A DNA stretch of 64,000 nt from Trichoplax sp. H2 (taxonomy: Eukaryota), in NCBI GenBank assembly GCA_003344405.1, contig NOWV01000028.1, positions 372,001 through 436,000 of the forward strand. The letters run 5' to 3'. The notes below the pieces were generated by a model that was given only the letters and a program-made list of their open reading frames with translations, was not told where the DNA came from and ran no database searches. The stretch's first letter is position 1, and every line of letters starts with the position of its first letter. Shown here in pieces: positions 1 to 14,600 of this stretch. A program made the position numbers and the translations under genes.

Positions 1-3000
1 AATGACTATGTCTCAACTTTTCAAGTCAATGGTAAAGAATGCTTAAAAATTGATAATCAAGCCTTACGATTGCTTTCTTCTACCGCAATGGTAGATATTG
101 CTCATCTTCTCAGACCTTCCCATTTGCAGCAGTTGCGTAAAATATTAGATGATCCTGAAGCTTCTTCAAATGACACATTTGTTGCTTTGGAATTACTCAA
201 GGTTATCCATCAAAATAGCCAATAACCTAGCATCACTACGACCATGCTAACAAAATAAAAGCAGTAGGATAAAGATGAATCTTAAGAATGTTACTTTTTC
301 ATTGATTCAGTATACTTTCCTAGCATTCTACCAATCTTTTCATTGTAGTACTATTTCTACCTACAGTACTACTGTATAAACAAGATTGCGTACAGTAGAC
401 AAGTACATTTCTCTTCCAGTCTTGCAAATGAATCTGCTGTATCAACTTTTCATATAATACGTTTGTTAAATACTAGTATTAATACTGGATCTACTGTAGT
501 ATCATGTGAACGATAAATAACTACAGACTAACCTAATAATGAAAACATAGCATGTACCAATAAACGCGTTCTGAATGTCATGTTATCTGTAGAATGCTAA
601 TATAGCTGCCGGAATGATATTGCCTGGTTGTCAAGATACTGGAACTGCAATAGTGATTGGTAAGAAAGGCCAGTATGTCTGGACAGAAGGCAAAGATGAA
701 GAAGCTCTATCTCAAGGCATTTATGATGCCTACACTACCAAAAATCTCCGTTACTCACAAGTATATAGTCCAATGACGAATAAGCTATCTCATTCTATAT
801 TTGAATATAGGCTGTTGTTGCTATTGTTATCACTTTTCTAATATGTACACATATACTCATCAAGCGATGCCTAACTGATTTATGCGATTAGAAGAACTAA
901 CAACCTTTCACTCTGCGATTACTTAGGTTGCCCCTTTGGATATGTTTACAGAAAAAAATACTGGCAATAACCTACCAGCACAAATTGAACTCTATGCTAC
1001 AAACTCCAATCAATACGACTTTCTTTTTCTTGCAAAAGGAGGTGGCTCTGCCAATAAGACATTTCTATATCAAGAAACAAAGGCCTTGTTAAACCCTGAA
1101 AGGCTTACCCAATTCATAGGTAAAGTATACCTTGAGGGTTACTATTGGTCAATAATTCATTAAAGTAGTACCAAGAACAGTCTCAACTTTGTAACCTTTC
1201 CAAATTATTGAATTAATTAGTGAATCCCTGACACTTTTCTGTATTGTAGAATATATTTATAAGCTATGGTTTAACTGCAGGTAATGCATTGCGATAAATA
1301 CTATACAGAATGACTATAAAATAGATCACCATATACTGTACATTATTAAATCATCTATTGAAAAATTATACGTAATTAATACATCATGCAATATACGGTT
1401 GATCCTGGCAGTTAAACTGCTTCTTCACAAGATGTAAATTATAATACTTGTATGAATAAGGCTGTGTAATATTTGAACGTGATATAATAAATGATTGGGA
1501 TTACCTGGGCTTGTGAAATATCACCATTTTTAGATAGAATACACGACAGTATAAAACGTCATGATGAATATCATATCAACCTTTTCATGAAAGCAGATCA
1601 TCCTTATGCACAGACAGCTTGACTGGTGTATGAATAACTTAGTAAATAAAAGACACGGATACACTATACATATTGAATTATTGATATCGTATCTTCCAAT
1701 AGATGAGAAAATCAAAACTATTGGTACCGCTGCTTGCCCTCCGTATCATTTAGCCATTGTTATCGGTGGACTATCTGCTGAAATGACCCTGAAGACAGTT
1801 AAATTAGCTTCATGTCGCTACCTGGACAACTTGCCAACAAAAGGTATCATTAATGACTCGGTAGGATGAAGTTAATAATTAGAATAGCAATTGCTACGTG
1901 TTAACAGCCCTTATGATATGTTTCATTACGTTGGTAGGAAACGAATATGGACATGCATTCCGTGATATCGAATTAGAGGAAAAAGTTCATCAACTAAGTC
2001 GCAGTACTGGAATTGGTGCACAATTTGGGGGCAAATACTTCTGCCATGATGTTCGTATCATTCGCTTACCCCGACATGGCGCCTCATGTCCTGTCGGAAT
2101 TGGAGTGTCTTGCTCAGCAGATAGACAGGTTAACACCTCAAACGGTCACTTTATTATTCAATTTGATATTAATTTTAGTTCATTTCTTTTATTTCCATTT
2201 CGGTAACGAAAAGATTATTGGTAAGATTACCCAAGACGGTGTGTTCTTAGAACAAATGGAAACTAACCCTGCCCAATATTTGCCCGATGTTACAGAAGAT
2301 TCACTTAGTGGGGATGTCATTAGTGTAAGTAAAATGATAAGTAGATCACCCATAATTAATATATCTGCTAACGATATTCAAATTGATTGCCGGATAACAG
2401 ATTGATCTAAATCAACCCATGGAAAGTATCCTACAATTACTTTCTGATTACCCTATTAAAACACGAGTATCGCTCTCTGGCACTTTAGTCGTTGCTCGTG
2501 ATATTGCTCATGCTAAACTTAAGGAACGATTGGATAAAGGCGATGGATTACCACAATATATTAAAGATCATCCCGTTTACTATGCCGGTCCAGCCAAAAC
2601 ACCCGAGGTTGGTATTTGGTAGTATTGATAGAATCGAACTATTACACGAAGCTATATAAGAGAGTCTAACTACTCTATTCATTTCTTCTATTTAGGGTTA
2701 CGCTTCTGGATCCTTTGGCCCAACTACTGCTGGTAGAATGGACTCTTACGTAGATCAATTCCAAGCCAATGGAGGTAGTATGATCATGTTAGCGAAGGGT
2801 AACAGAAGTAGGCAAGTCACCAAATCTTGCAAAAAGCATGGTGGATTCTACTTGGGCTCAATCGGTGGACCGGCTGCTATTTTGGCCAAAAATTGTATTA
2901 AAAAGGTTGAAGTACTTGAATATCCTGAGCTTGGTATGGAAGCTATTTGGAAAGTTCAAGTAGAAAATTTTCCAGCCTTTATTGTAATCGACAATAAGGG

Positions 3001-3031
3001 CAATGATTTTTTTAAGCAATGGCAACAATAG
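1..3031 (+). CDS. fumA: Class I (iron-sulfur) fumarate hydratase, FumA/FumB-like; 5' end lies outside the window
   Basis: GT-AG exons 1-201, 593-760, 927-1119, 1703-1843, 1938-2128, 2214-2324, 2401-2607, 2696-3031 join in frame. Class I motifs: [96 protein letters not shown]. Confidence 0.95.
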
Positions 3032-3611
3032 TAGTAATGTAACGTTTGAAGTAACCATTGATTACAAAAACGCTAAGAATTCTAAAACCAATTTTAATGA
3101 AAAATATATACGCGAAATTATGACGCAAGAAATAAAGTTTTTACAAAGACTTTGCTTAAGGAAACTATGTTGTACAGTTTTCACTCTTGTTTGATTGAGC
3201 CACATGACTTTGCAATTTATGCATATCAAATGGCACACTCATAGCATATGTTTACTCAGAAACTTTTCGTGTTATGGATATACGAGTATTCATACGCTGA
3301 AGTATGCTTCGATATGACGTCCGAAAAATTGATGTTCAATGGTAAATGCACGAGTATCGCACCCACTTCCATTAAGCAATCGGTTCTTTTACAAATCATA
3401 ACCTCATAACATTAGGCACAAATATAGTAACAGTCAGAATCCAATGCAGTAGCCGAATTCATACTGCAACACAAAATGGATAATATTATAATAAAAAATG
3501 GAACAGAACTAATCTTACACAAGCGGCAATTTTACTATAAGAAGCTTGCAACGGAAAAAGCAACTGGATAAAAGACATTCTAAGTACGTCGTGATATAAC
3601 TAAAGCAATAA

Positions 3612-6600
3612 TCATAGTCTTTTGTACAGGTAAAGGTAAGCAAGTCCCTTGGGTGGTACTTCGGAAATTGCAACTTTCCTATCATTGAAAATTACCCACC
3701 TAAGTGAGCAAATATAACAGAATACTGCTTAGTTCACATCGGCAGTGATAATGCTTACAGGCTACTATCGTAACATACCTGCCGTCTTTAAGAATATGGC
3801 AAACATAGTGGCCACAAAATGTATTAGAACCCATGTGGCTGATAAATGCAACTAGTCGATATCCTAAATAAAATTAAATCAATTGTCAATGGAATTACTC
3901 ACTCTGCTATTCTAAAATAGTAGCACCATCTAAAAAACTTCAAAATCATTCGAAGTTCATAATATTGGATAAGATGCAGCTTATATATAGCAAAAAATTA
4001 TGGATAATATCTTTCCGGCTTTTTTAGAATTTTACATTGTTTTCTAATCTGCTGTACGGTGATGGTGATCTATCAACTAATTTGGCTATCGAACTAACGT
4101 GTTCCGCCATCTCTAACTTTCGACTTAGATTCAGTCTCATCTTGAGTATTTTCGTCGGTATCCATACTATCGAGGTCGTCAACATGACTAAATATCCAAT
4201 CAACTGCTCTTTCAACGCTGTTATCCTATTTATTAAAAATACTACTTGTTACTATAGTTATGGCTATTATGATATACACTTTACAGGGTATTTCGAAATA
4301 GAAAATGAAAAGAATTGACAACCGTGGCTTTAAGGGCTTTATTAGCTTGTTCCTGAGTAAAACCCATCGATATAATTGTTGCAATGCCATTTTCATCAGC
4401 TACAAAGGTTGTCTTTTTTGAAGTATTAGATTTTAGGACCAAGGGATCAGCAAAGTCTAAATTGTGGAAAAATTTTTAGAAGCTATATCGTTCCGTTATC
4501 ATAGATACTAAAGACACAAACCGGGGTCACCCATGTGATCCATAACCCAAGACATAGCTGCTTCGACACCTAAGTACAGAACATGAAAGAAGATAAATTT
4601 AAAGATATCGATTAATAAATATTATTTACGATAGCTCATTTACCACTGTTATTTGTATAGTAAACAGCTTTTCGGCATCCCTCAAAAGCGAAGCCCATTT
4701 CACTTAATTGTCTGACAACACCAACATCAATTGCTGGCTCCTCTTGAGCTGCATAAAATGATACACATTGTGATGTTAGCAAGCGAAATCCATAGAGACA
4801 TTTACCAAATACTGTCATGATTAAATTTACCCGCTTGTTCCTGAATAGGTTCTGGGAGAAGCTCTTCCGTAGCTTTCAATCCTGTCCCTCTATATTCGGC
4901 TAAGTCTAGTTCGTCGGCGACATCAATGATTACATCTGCAAATAAAATTAATTTCTCTAATGAAATGCCCACTATTTAAGAACTCGCATAAGTATCGGAA
5001 CATCAGCTAATGGTTTTATGACAAATTTACCAAGTTTTTTAGGCACCCAATCTTCCCCAACAGTGAATTTCTTCATTTGAATAAACAAATAATCTGGGAA
5101 TGATTTTATCTTCGCAGTCCTAAATTGCAACATCATTTACAATAATTATAATGAATCAATAGATCTTCCACTGTATTTGCAATTGAATCAGTTAATGCAA
5201 TATTGAGTAGTAGAAATACTGTACTTCACTTCTAAAATCGTAAAATATATAATTACTTTGAAGCAGTTGATTTCTCTCCTAAGGCTGTGCTAAAAAAATC
5301 TGATATTAATTCAGGCTCAGCAAATGCATTGAAGCAAGATATAAGTGGAACTATTGGGCGAACAGCATCTTTGTCTTGCCTAAGAGATAAGTAAACGTTA
5401 ACTATCCGTAAATAAATGAATCCATGTTTGTAATAAAGGATTAAACTACATTTTTTCTCCTCGAGCTTCAGCCTCCTTTCGTTTCGCCTGATAATCCAAG
5501 AATTCCTCTGTTTGAATTAAACGATAATTTACACAAAGAAATAAAGATTATTTTAGGTACTTATACTATATTATAAAAATAACCACACATTAGCTAGTAG
5601 TCGCTATTTACTAACTGAAAGATCCAATAGAAGATACTTACGCATATTAGTTGCACTATCTTGAGGAATTGGCAAGCTTAAAACGTATTCAGTTCGCGAT
5701 GTATACTTTACTTTATTACTTTTAGTGCACTGTATTCTCTCTTCAATCTAATAAAAGGACATACGAAAATTAATAACTTAGATACAAATAATCGAAAGGA
5801 CTTAATTTTGTTTAACCTCAAATCTTAAGCTGTCGTTCGGATTTCTGCTGCTTTTCAATTTATGCTAAATAAAATTTGTCTCTTTAAGAATCATATCCGA
5901 AAAAATATAAATTACAAGAAAAGAACATAGTAAATACCTCATCCTTGTCAATGGTATTTATTAAGTGCAGCAGATATTCGGATGCATCCTGGATACCATA
6001 ATAATAAATTAAACATATTCTAGAATCCATCTTTGTTAACGCAAGTAATGCGAAAAGGATTTAGCTATAAAATGCAATCAAACGCCTGGTAATGCGATCA
6101 ACCTGTTGCATTGCCGTAGAAAATTCACTATGCCCAGCACCAATTAAATTTTTAAAAATTATAGGAGTAACCCCATATTGTTCTTCACTACCATCAGTAT
6201 CGGATGGAATAGAGTAACAGCCTGATAATAATCCATGACCAAATTTCGCCCTAAAATTTAGTAAAGAATCAATCCTGTTACGTTTTCATATATCGAAACC
6301 TTCATATAAAATACTGCATTATAATAAAAATGAGGTATATACATTTGTGCTTCCAAATTAGTCGGAATATTATGAGGATCGATCTTTTCAAATATATCAT
6401 TAATTCTTTCATAATACCTGCAAAAAGGCGTTTAATCCACCGTACAGATTATAGCAAAGAATTTGTAAGTTTTGAAGAAATTACAGCAACAGCATTGTAC
6501 TTCAAAGATACGTTAATTTACCTCGCTTGAAAATCCGGTATGGAAAATACTACTTGCATTACACTATTAAGGTAACAACTAAAACAGTAGGATTACGTAT

Positions 6601-9600
6601 ATTTCAGTAAGAAGCATATAATATCCCAAATAATTTTAAAAATTGTTTAGTGTACGTAGGAGAATTAACGTCTAGGTACCTATTGCCGAGATTTTTAATC
6701 CCTGTATAACCAGGACCAGAAAGAGGCTGCAGTTGACGTCCAGATTCCTTTAAGCAAAGGTATAGGTAACAAGTTATAAATCAAGGAACTTTGCAATTAT
6801 AATCCATCTTTGGGTGGCATTTGACTTAGTTAATGATGTAATGTGATGATTATATTTTGATACCTGAATCACGTCCCACTCTTGTAATTTCATGTTGGCA
6901 TCAATTTCTAATTCTGCCATTGTCTTTTCAGTCTAGAAAAAAAATTAAACTTTGTAATCATGGCTACCATGACAGTTGGCAATTTGATAATGTTACGGAA
7001 AATTGTAAACAGGTAATACAAGTAGTACCAAGAGTTACTTAAGCTGTGCCCCTCTCATTCAAATCCTTTGAAAAAGACAACGCCGTGTGATAATACGTAT
7101 TTAAAATAATTACCTTCTGCATTGATGTTATGTTGATTCCAAAATGTTCTAAATGTTTTGTTAAATAAGGGTCTAACACCATATCGTCTTCGGCGTATGA
7201 ATAAACATCTACGAAATGTTATAGACTAAATGTTATACTACTATCAATCGCCAATACATGTGTTCTTATTATAAGAAAAGATTTAGAAGAATATTAAAAT
7301 AACCGGCTCCATCCACAGTAATAGTTCCGAGTTTAACGCATAAAGGATACTTTGTTTTCTCATAATGTTCCACAGCATGTCCATTACCGCCACTCCCATC
7401 GAAATATTTACGTCCACATAATATACTTCCATCCGTTAAATTTAACCATAAATTCTTCTCAAGGCCGCATACATCGCATTTCCAACCGCTGATGTAAGAA
7501 GTATTGAAAGTATTACATGACTTTGCTTAAGTAATCTACCTATCAAGTGATTACAACTGCTTTAAAATACCTAGGAGGTATTCTTCTCGGATTACTATGT
7601 TGGACCAAATTTTCAGCATATCTGGCAAAGTTTTTTCATATAAACTTGTTATCATGTGAACATAAAATCTCATGCAATCTAATAGTTAGATAACCTACAT
7701 GCTAGTTTTTCTTTCTTCACCATCCCATGACTGAATCTGATTAGTAAGAGATGCTGATTCGACACTTAAAATACCAATGATACAGAACTGAATCTAAAAT
7801 ATAAAAAAATCGCACAATATTATAACTCTTACTATTCTAAATTATTATAATTGATATAAAAATAAGGAAGTACTGACTTTTTCAGGCAAATTGTTATTAG
7901 GCAAGGAAATAACGGTAAATTCCGGAAGTAGAACGATACTATTTATTTCTTCGTAATCCACCTGCTGCGTGTAAGGATAAAGATAAGAAACTGTTTGAAG
8001 ACGTTCGCTTTACAGATTGCTCGTTAATCTTACTTACACTTTTACGCACAAGTCCAATATTAATTTACATGGAATAAGTATAGCATATGCCTTCCTTACC
8101 TTTACATTTATATCAAAACCACCTTCGACACCTATTTTTAATCGAAAATTGAATAACAAAAATTACAATAGTATTTAGAGCAAGAAAAGCTTCATTGATG
8201 GTGTTATCTATGCCTTGTATGTATACCGATAGCAAGTCTTATTGGTTTCTTTTTAGGAGGACTTTCAATTTCATCACCAGATTCAGCATCTTTTAAAGGC
8301 TGTCGAATGGAAATGAATTATAAAATCAGCTTACAATTCAAAGACTTTAAATTGTCGAATGTGATGCAGTATGTCATTGCGTAAACCATTACCTTGGCCA
8401 CTTTCTTTAAATGTAGAAATATGTTATGGCCAGTTTTCTTAAAATATCTTTCAACGTAGTTTCTTCCAAATGATAAAAAATTGGACATGCATACGTACAA
8501 ACCACCATCGCTAACCTTTTAATTGATTATAAATAGATGAATACCGTTAGACGAGTATATCAAGGAAATCTTTTATTAATATTTTAACATTATGTCGAGC
8601 AGCCCATTTATTGATGGCGGTAGGGCTGTAATGTAACTCGATAACAAGCAATAATAACAATTAGCGTCAATTTAACATTAGTTGTTTACTAGCATCACGC
8701 ATGTATGGAAGCTGGATAAGAAAATGTGTATCCTACGATCTGCGAAAACTCTTTCAATTTACGACTAGGCCATAAGGGCAATCGTGATGACATGGCTGTC
8801 ATCTTAAGGTTTACATGCTAACAAATTTACAGTCAGTACTGTATTTAACTCAGCGACTCGTTCTGTTTAGTCTGAGAATGGATGTTAGCGCCATGTACAG
8901 TACAGTAATTCATCATCAAATGGAGCTCTTTCGTCAACTATCCACAGTATATGTAATAAGTAAATCTACTGTAAATATATATTCATAGACTAGTGAAGGT
9001 TGCTGAGCGTAACAACTGGACAATTCATCATCAAATGGAGCTCTTTCGTCAACTATCTACAGTATAAGTAATAAGTAAATCTACTGTAAATATATATTCA
9101 TAGACTAGTGAAGGTTGCTGAGCGTAACAACTGGACAAGCCCGTCTATTAGGAATTACAACTTTACGGCAAAGTATTTATGGATCCAGCGAACGATCATT
9201 ATCATTCAACAATGTAGCCATTGAGTAAAAATAAACTGTACGACTAATTGTAAATTGTATTGTATGAATTATATCAACAAATGATCAAGGCATTTCTGCT
9301 CCATAGTAACAGTCGCGACATCAACTTTTGGTGTTATCCATGCAGTCTTCCTTGATTATTTATTAAGATAGGAATATGAGTAACTGAAATAGCGACTATT
9401 TACGTCCGTTAGAGTATTGGAAATGAGTTTTTAGCATGATTACAGTTGAAAATTGAAATGCTCGTATGAACGCCTCTTCAGTATAAAGTACGCCGATTGC
9501 TATAGCTACGTCCACCTTGATTGGAGCTGCATGCCAAGTGAATATCGGTTCAATTCAATTTTTGCCCTGAAAAGATGTCATTGAAATGCTCCCTCTCACT

Positions 9601-10170
9601 GTAGTAACAAGATTGACGTTGGAGAGTCTACCTTGTTACCATGACCTAATCATGTCGGTTACATTTATCCATCCTTGAAGAGCACGTAAATTTGATTACT
9701 CATAATCGACAGGCAAATACACGTCCACGACAACACAGTTCCTACATAGGTATTTTTGCACCGAATATCTTCTTCTTAGAGTCTCATAGTTGATGAATGA
9801 TTGTATTGATATGAAATTGATCGAGCAAGATATCGTTCATGATGTATCTCAGTCCTGGTTCTATTCTAATCTAGCCTAGCCTAATCCATGATTTACAAAT
9901 ATAGGCCTTCCAATGATAGTACTACTGACGGAATAATCTATCCAAAAAGATGCAAAATGTTTGCTTTGTCATGGTGGTGAACAATACGAGAGTATCTTAA
10001 GGAGCTGATGCTAGCCAGGCTGTTTGATTGCTTGTATCACCATGAATTTTTTTCCTCTTAAAGAAACTTACCGGAGTATCAAACGAATAACAACATTCAG
10101 CCTTATAGACTTTATCCATGGCAGTTGGTATACGTATACGATCAAGATAAGCATCCAGTGAGACCGCCAT
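3612..10170 (-). CDS. USP5: Ubiquitin carboxyl-terminal hydrolase 5/13 (isopeptidase T): ZnF-UBP, USP catalytic domain, two UBA domains; more than 20 exons
   Basis: Exon 1 (10072-10170) [33 protein letters not shown]; Zn[31 protein letters not shown]; Cys box [34 protein letters not shown]; His box [17 protein letters not shown]; last exon [28 protein letters not shown] ending at 3612. Confidence 0.93.
8907..9138. repeat. Near-perfect tandem duplication of a 115-bp unit in USP5 intron 1
   Basis: AATTCATCATCAAATGGAGCTC...GCGTAACAACTGGAC starts at 8907 and again at 9022, with only a few substitutions. Confidence 0.9.
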
Positions 10171-10469
10171 TTTTTTCCTCGATTTCTTGTTGCAGTCTCA
10201 ATGAAAATCGTCGACTGTCCAGTCAAAGTCAATGAACCAATGGATTACACGTCCGTCAACAGAGGCTGCGTGTTGAAGGTGTCGACCTGTCTTGGGTCCT
10301 CCTGCTCTAGGGGTTGGCAGACCTGGTCTAGTTCGCATGCCTTTGACCAGTGTACTCCACTGCTGTGACCGATACGGTACGGTATGGTATAGGCCGGCTG
10401 TTGAATGCAACGGCTGATGGCTGTCCGTCGCGTCGCGTCTGATGCTCATTCTTGTACAATTGTGGAACA

Positions 10470-11640
10470 AGACCGGTAATGGGGTCTGGCATGACTAGAC
10501 TCAAGAATGCAAAGCCTACAAAATGTTGTTACCCTGGACTACTCCACTTCAATTTGAACTCAAACTATCTCTTAAAGTTCTACCACCTTTTAAGCTGACA
10601 AAAAATCCAAACTGAAATTTCCCCAAAGTATAAGTAGTCGATCCCGCGCGGGTTCGTTCTACTTTACTTGGCGTGCTATACTTGATTACTTTCCACTTTA
10701 CACACATTTAGACTGTATACTGTCTCACTTACAGTAGCATACTGTAATATTATTTGCATATGCAGAATTATAGTCGACCACTAGGAAAAAGACCGGTAGT
10801 TGGTCCATAGCGAGAGAAGGCAAAGCAAACAAAATGTTGTTACCCTTGACAGGTCTACGACAAATGGTAATACTATCTGTTAAATGAGCACATTATCGTA
10901 AACCGTCAGCAAAGCGACGGGAGTTTGCACTAGTTTCCCCAAAGTATAACTAGTCGACCCCGCGCGGGTTCGCTATAATTGGCGTGCTATACTTGATTAC
11001 TTTCCACTTTACACGCATTTAGACTGTACAGTACACTGTCGCACTTATGGTAGCATAATATTATTTGCATATGACTTGAATATGCAGAATTATAGTCGAC
11101 CACTAGGAAAAAGACCGGTAGTTGGTCCATAGCGAGAGAAGGCAATGCCTAAAAATTTTGTTACCCTGGACTACTCCACTTCAATTTGAACTCAAACTAT
11201 CTCTTAAAGTTCTAACACCTTTTAAGCTAACAAAAACCCAAACTGAAATTTCCCCAAAGTATAACTAGTCGACCCCGCGCGGGTTCGTTATAATTGGCGT
11301 GCTAAACTTGATTACTTTCCACTTTACACGCATTTAGACTGTACACTGTCGTACTTATAGTAGCATAATATTATTTGCGTATGACTTGAATATGTAGAAT
11401 TATAATCGGCCACTACTGAGCATATTATTTGCACATGACTTTATTATTGAAAACTATAATAGACTGATAGAAGAAGAACGGTAGTGGTCCATGCCTTGAG
11501 ATTGCAACGCTTAATAATTTTGTTACCGAGACTACTTAACTAATTTTGACTCCAATTGTACGCGTCGATCTCTTTAAGTCCCGGCACCTCGTAACTGACA
11601 AACAACTCAAACCAAAATTTCCCCTAAATTCCGGCGCCTC
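10470..11640. repeat. Tandem array of about 3.5 copies of a ~315-bp unit upstream of USP5
   Basis: AGA(C/A)CGGTA... starts near 10470, 10790, 11112 and 11476. The GC palindrome CGA(C/T)CCCGCGCGGGTTCG occurs at 10639, 10955 and 11270 (spacing 316 and 315 bp). Confidence 0.88.
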
Positions 11641-14600
11641 TTCCTTCAAAAAATGAATCGTAATTTCTCTCTCCGTGAACAGTAACACAGTCACCAATCA
11701 TAAGCAAAACGATTTAATGCCATACTATTGTAATTAAACGCTAGCGAGCGCTATATTCTAGACTCGTATACGAATTAATTCTTATATTACATTATTAATT
11801 ATATACGCCACTGGTCGCACTTTACGTAAGGATAGTCTTTATTCAATGAGTACTTTACGCGTATGGGTATATTGCTAAAATCATTCCATTGGATAGCATT
11901 AAAGTAGTCGATAAGTTTAATTTTTCACAATCAGCATATGTAACTTGATCTCGTCGCGCTAAAGCATGGCTAAAATTGTTCACCCTTATGATTCCTGCAC
12001 TAGTTTATTCGGTAATGCCCTCTCTGTCTGAATAACTACGAGCACATTGAACCTGCTAATGGCGTTTCTTCGGGTTCCTTCCGTCGTTCTCAACCTATCT
12101 TAATAATGGTACTACTTGTAACGAGATCAAGAATCAGAGATTTTGAGCTTTCCTTTCCTTTAGTCTACTTTATTTGGAAGCCCATGCCAAGCGCGATATC
12201 ATACATACGTTAACGAGACATCAGAACTGTGATAACAAATCAGCTCTAGTACCAACATAACTTTAATACCATATCCTAATGCACGTGAACATTTGTAGCA
12301 TGTGATCTTAATCTAGTGCAGTAAATAAGGTGTAGACAAGCCGTAAATAGTATTGCACGATATTTAGGATTCCCTACGTTCTATGGCGCGTACACTACAA
12401 GGTAGCAAGCAGTAGTTTACAGGACAGGCGATGTTACCACACTACTATTTTATCGTAACGTAGCATTGGTCAACTGTTACTAACTAAGGTAAAGCAGTTC
12501 CTTAAACTTACGACTGAAACTGCTTCTCCAATACTCTGATAGCATATTCCCTCTGTCTTCTTAACTAATCCCTGATTAGATAATTATTATCTACGAGCTT
12601 ATTTATCCAGCTAATGAAGTTGCCCCTCTCGCTTCTCAACTCATACCGTAGAAGTATTGAACTGTTCCAAAAGTAATGACGACTGATACTACATCTCTAA
12701 TTGCATATTTTCTCTCTCTCTCTCTCTCTTCTTGACTAGTCCTTGATATTTAGAACATCAATGTCAACGTAGAGTACCGTAATACTAATGACAGTAACGG
12801 TGTTTCAAAAGTCTCGTAAAATAAAAGTTTTAATTTTCTCAGTAAATATATTTTGCGGTTTATGATAAATTTCATCTTTACCCTGGTAAAATGGAAATAA
12901 ATATCTAACATAAATAACGATTAGGCGGTAAAAAGTTAGGGATTCTTACGGTAGTATTCGAAAGTGTTGTTATATCTGGGTCCACGCGTACGTAGAGCGG
13001 GCCACTTATACTAAATACTAACGTTGATTGGTATTAATCAAAAGGGAATAAGGCTGCAACTGAATTCGCTGCATGCTCGCTTATTGTCGAGTTTCCACTA
13101 GAATGCTATTATACATCACCACAATCCCTTGCCATAAGGGTAAGAGAAAATTATTTCCTCTTAATATAGTATCTGGTCTTACACAGAAATAAACACGAGC
13201 ATTTTAGAAGTGACATGGCCTACTACTGTATATGAGTGCAGTGCATAAATGCATGTACGCGTATATGGTGCTAGAAATGTCAATGCTTAACGGTAAGTAC
13301 TGAATTGTCGCTGCTACAATACTAGAGTGGAAAATATAGGGCTATGGTATGAAAGCAACAAGTGCGGATATAAGCGTACATGTCCAGCAAAGCTTCTCTG
13401 GTATCGTACTTATAAATAAAGATGGCTTACAAAGTTGAGTAAGGTATGAAATAATCCACTAAACTAATCATAGTAGAGATAAATACTGCTGAAAAACATA
13501 AAACTAATCCTAAAGTAGCTAGTAGAAAGTACATATCCAACTGTAATAAAGTGTTGCAAACTTTTTTATCTGATTTAATCTGATCTCAATGATTAAATTC
13601 TCACAAAGTAATCGATTCAGTCAAGATGAAATTAAAAATGAAAAGCTTGTATGACAATGTATTAGAATAGTAGAGCGATAATAAGCTACTAGCAAGATCC
13701 TAAAGTGAAGTATCCTAAGCTCAAAGTAAAGCTCTTATCGGCAGTTCTTAAATATATTTACTTCAATCTATTTACACCTATCGTACGAACACTCGTTCAT
13801 AGGCTAAAGATACCATTGCTTTCTGTTAATGTTCAACACTTTACAAACTGTTGGCCATCTCATAATTACGGTACATCGATTCGCATAGACCTTGTACCAT
13901 ACGTCTTTAGTCAAGTGACTATACTTAGTAGTCAATATCTAATATTGGTAATCAGCAATATTCTGATATTAGAAATCCAACTACGAGTATATCCAATATA
14001 GCTATCAGCTGAATTAAATAGAGAGTGCATTACTACACCAGAACAACTAAAGACACTGCTACTGACATCTTTAAAATTGAATAATAAAGTAACTCGTACG
14101 CGTATAAATCGATCTCTTGAAAAAATGATCACCCATTGAGCCATTCCATTCCATATATCCATATATACAATTGTATTTTACTTTATTAGACAAATAACAA
14201 GGTTATTGTCTGTAAATAATAATATGAATGCTTTCAGGCAAGGCGTTAATACTTCTAGATCAATCGAATACTGCATATAGTGATGTTATGAAGAAAAGAA
14301 AAAGCACGAGAGTAAAACATCGAAAAATGTCACGCATTCGCTAGCTGCATATCTATGCATTACCTAGGACAGGCTAGAATAGAGAGAGATTATTATTAGA
14401 ATAGAAATCGATATCGCTTCATCAGAGACTGCCTAGGATTAGTAGCCCATGCCTGGACTAACTACTCAAACATTCATATTTATTCGACAGAATTCGGTTT
14501 ACCTTCTTGCCGAGCAATGTTATTTATAATCTATTCAGCTTGCCACTTGTTGCAATACTTCTGTACCTACCGTACGGTAGCTTATGATCCAGTTTTGCAA

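Noticed and set aside
1..3031. Bacterial contamination as the source of the fumarase
   Set aside because: It has seven spliceosomal introns and a base composition like the neighbouring genes.
10198..10470. 90-aa minus-strand ORF upstream of USP5
   Set aside because: Non-ATG start and no recognisable homology; most likely GC-richer promoter or 5'UTR sequence.
12711..12729. (CT)n microsatellite, with another at ~24567-24583
   Set aside because: Short and ordinary.
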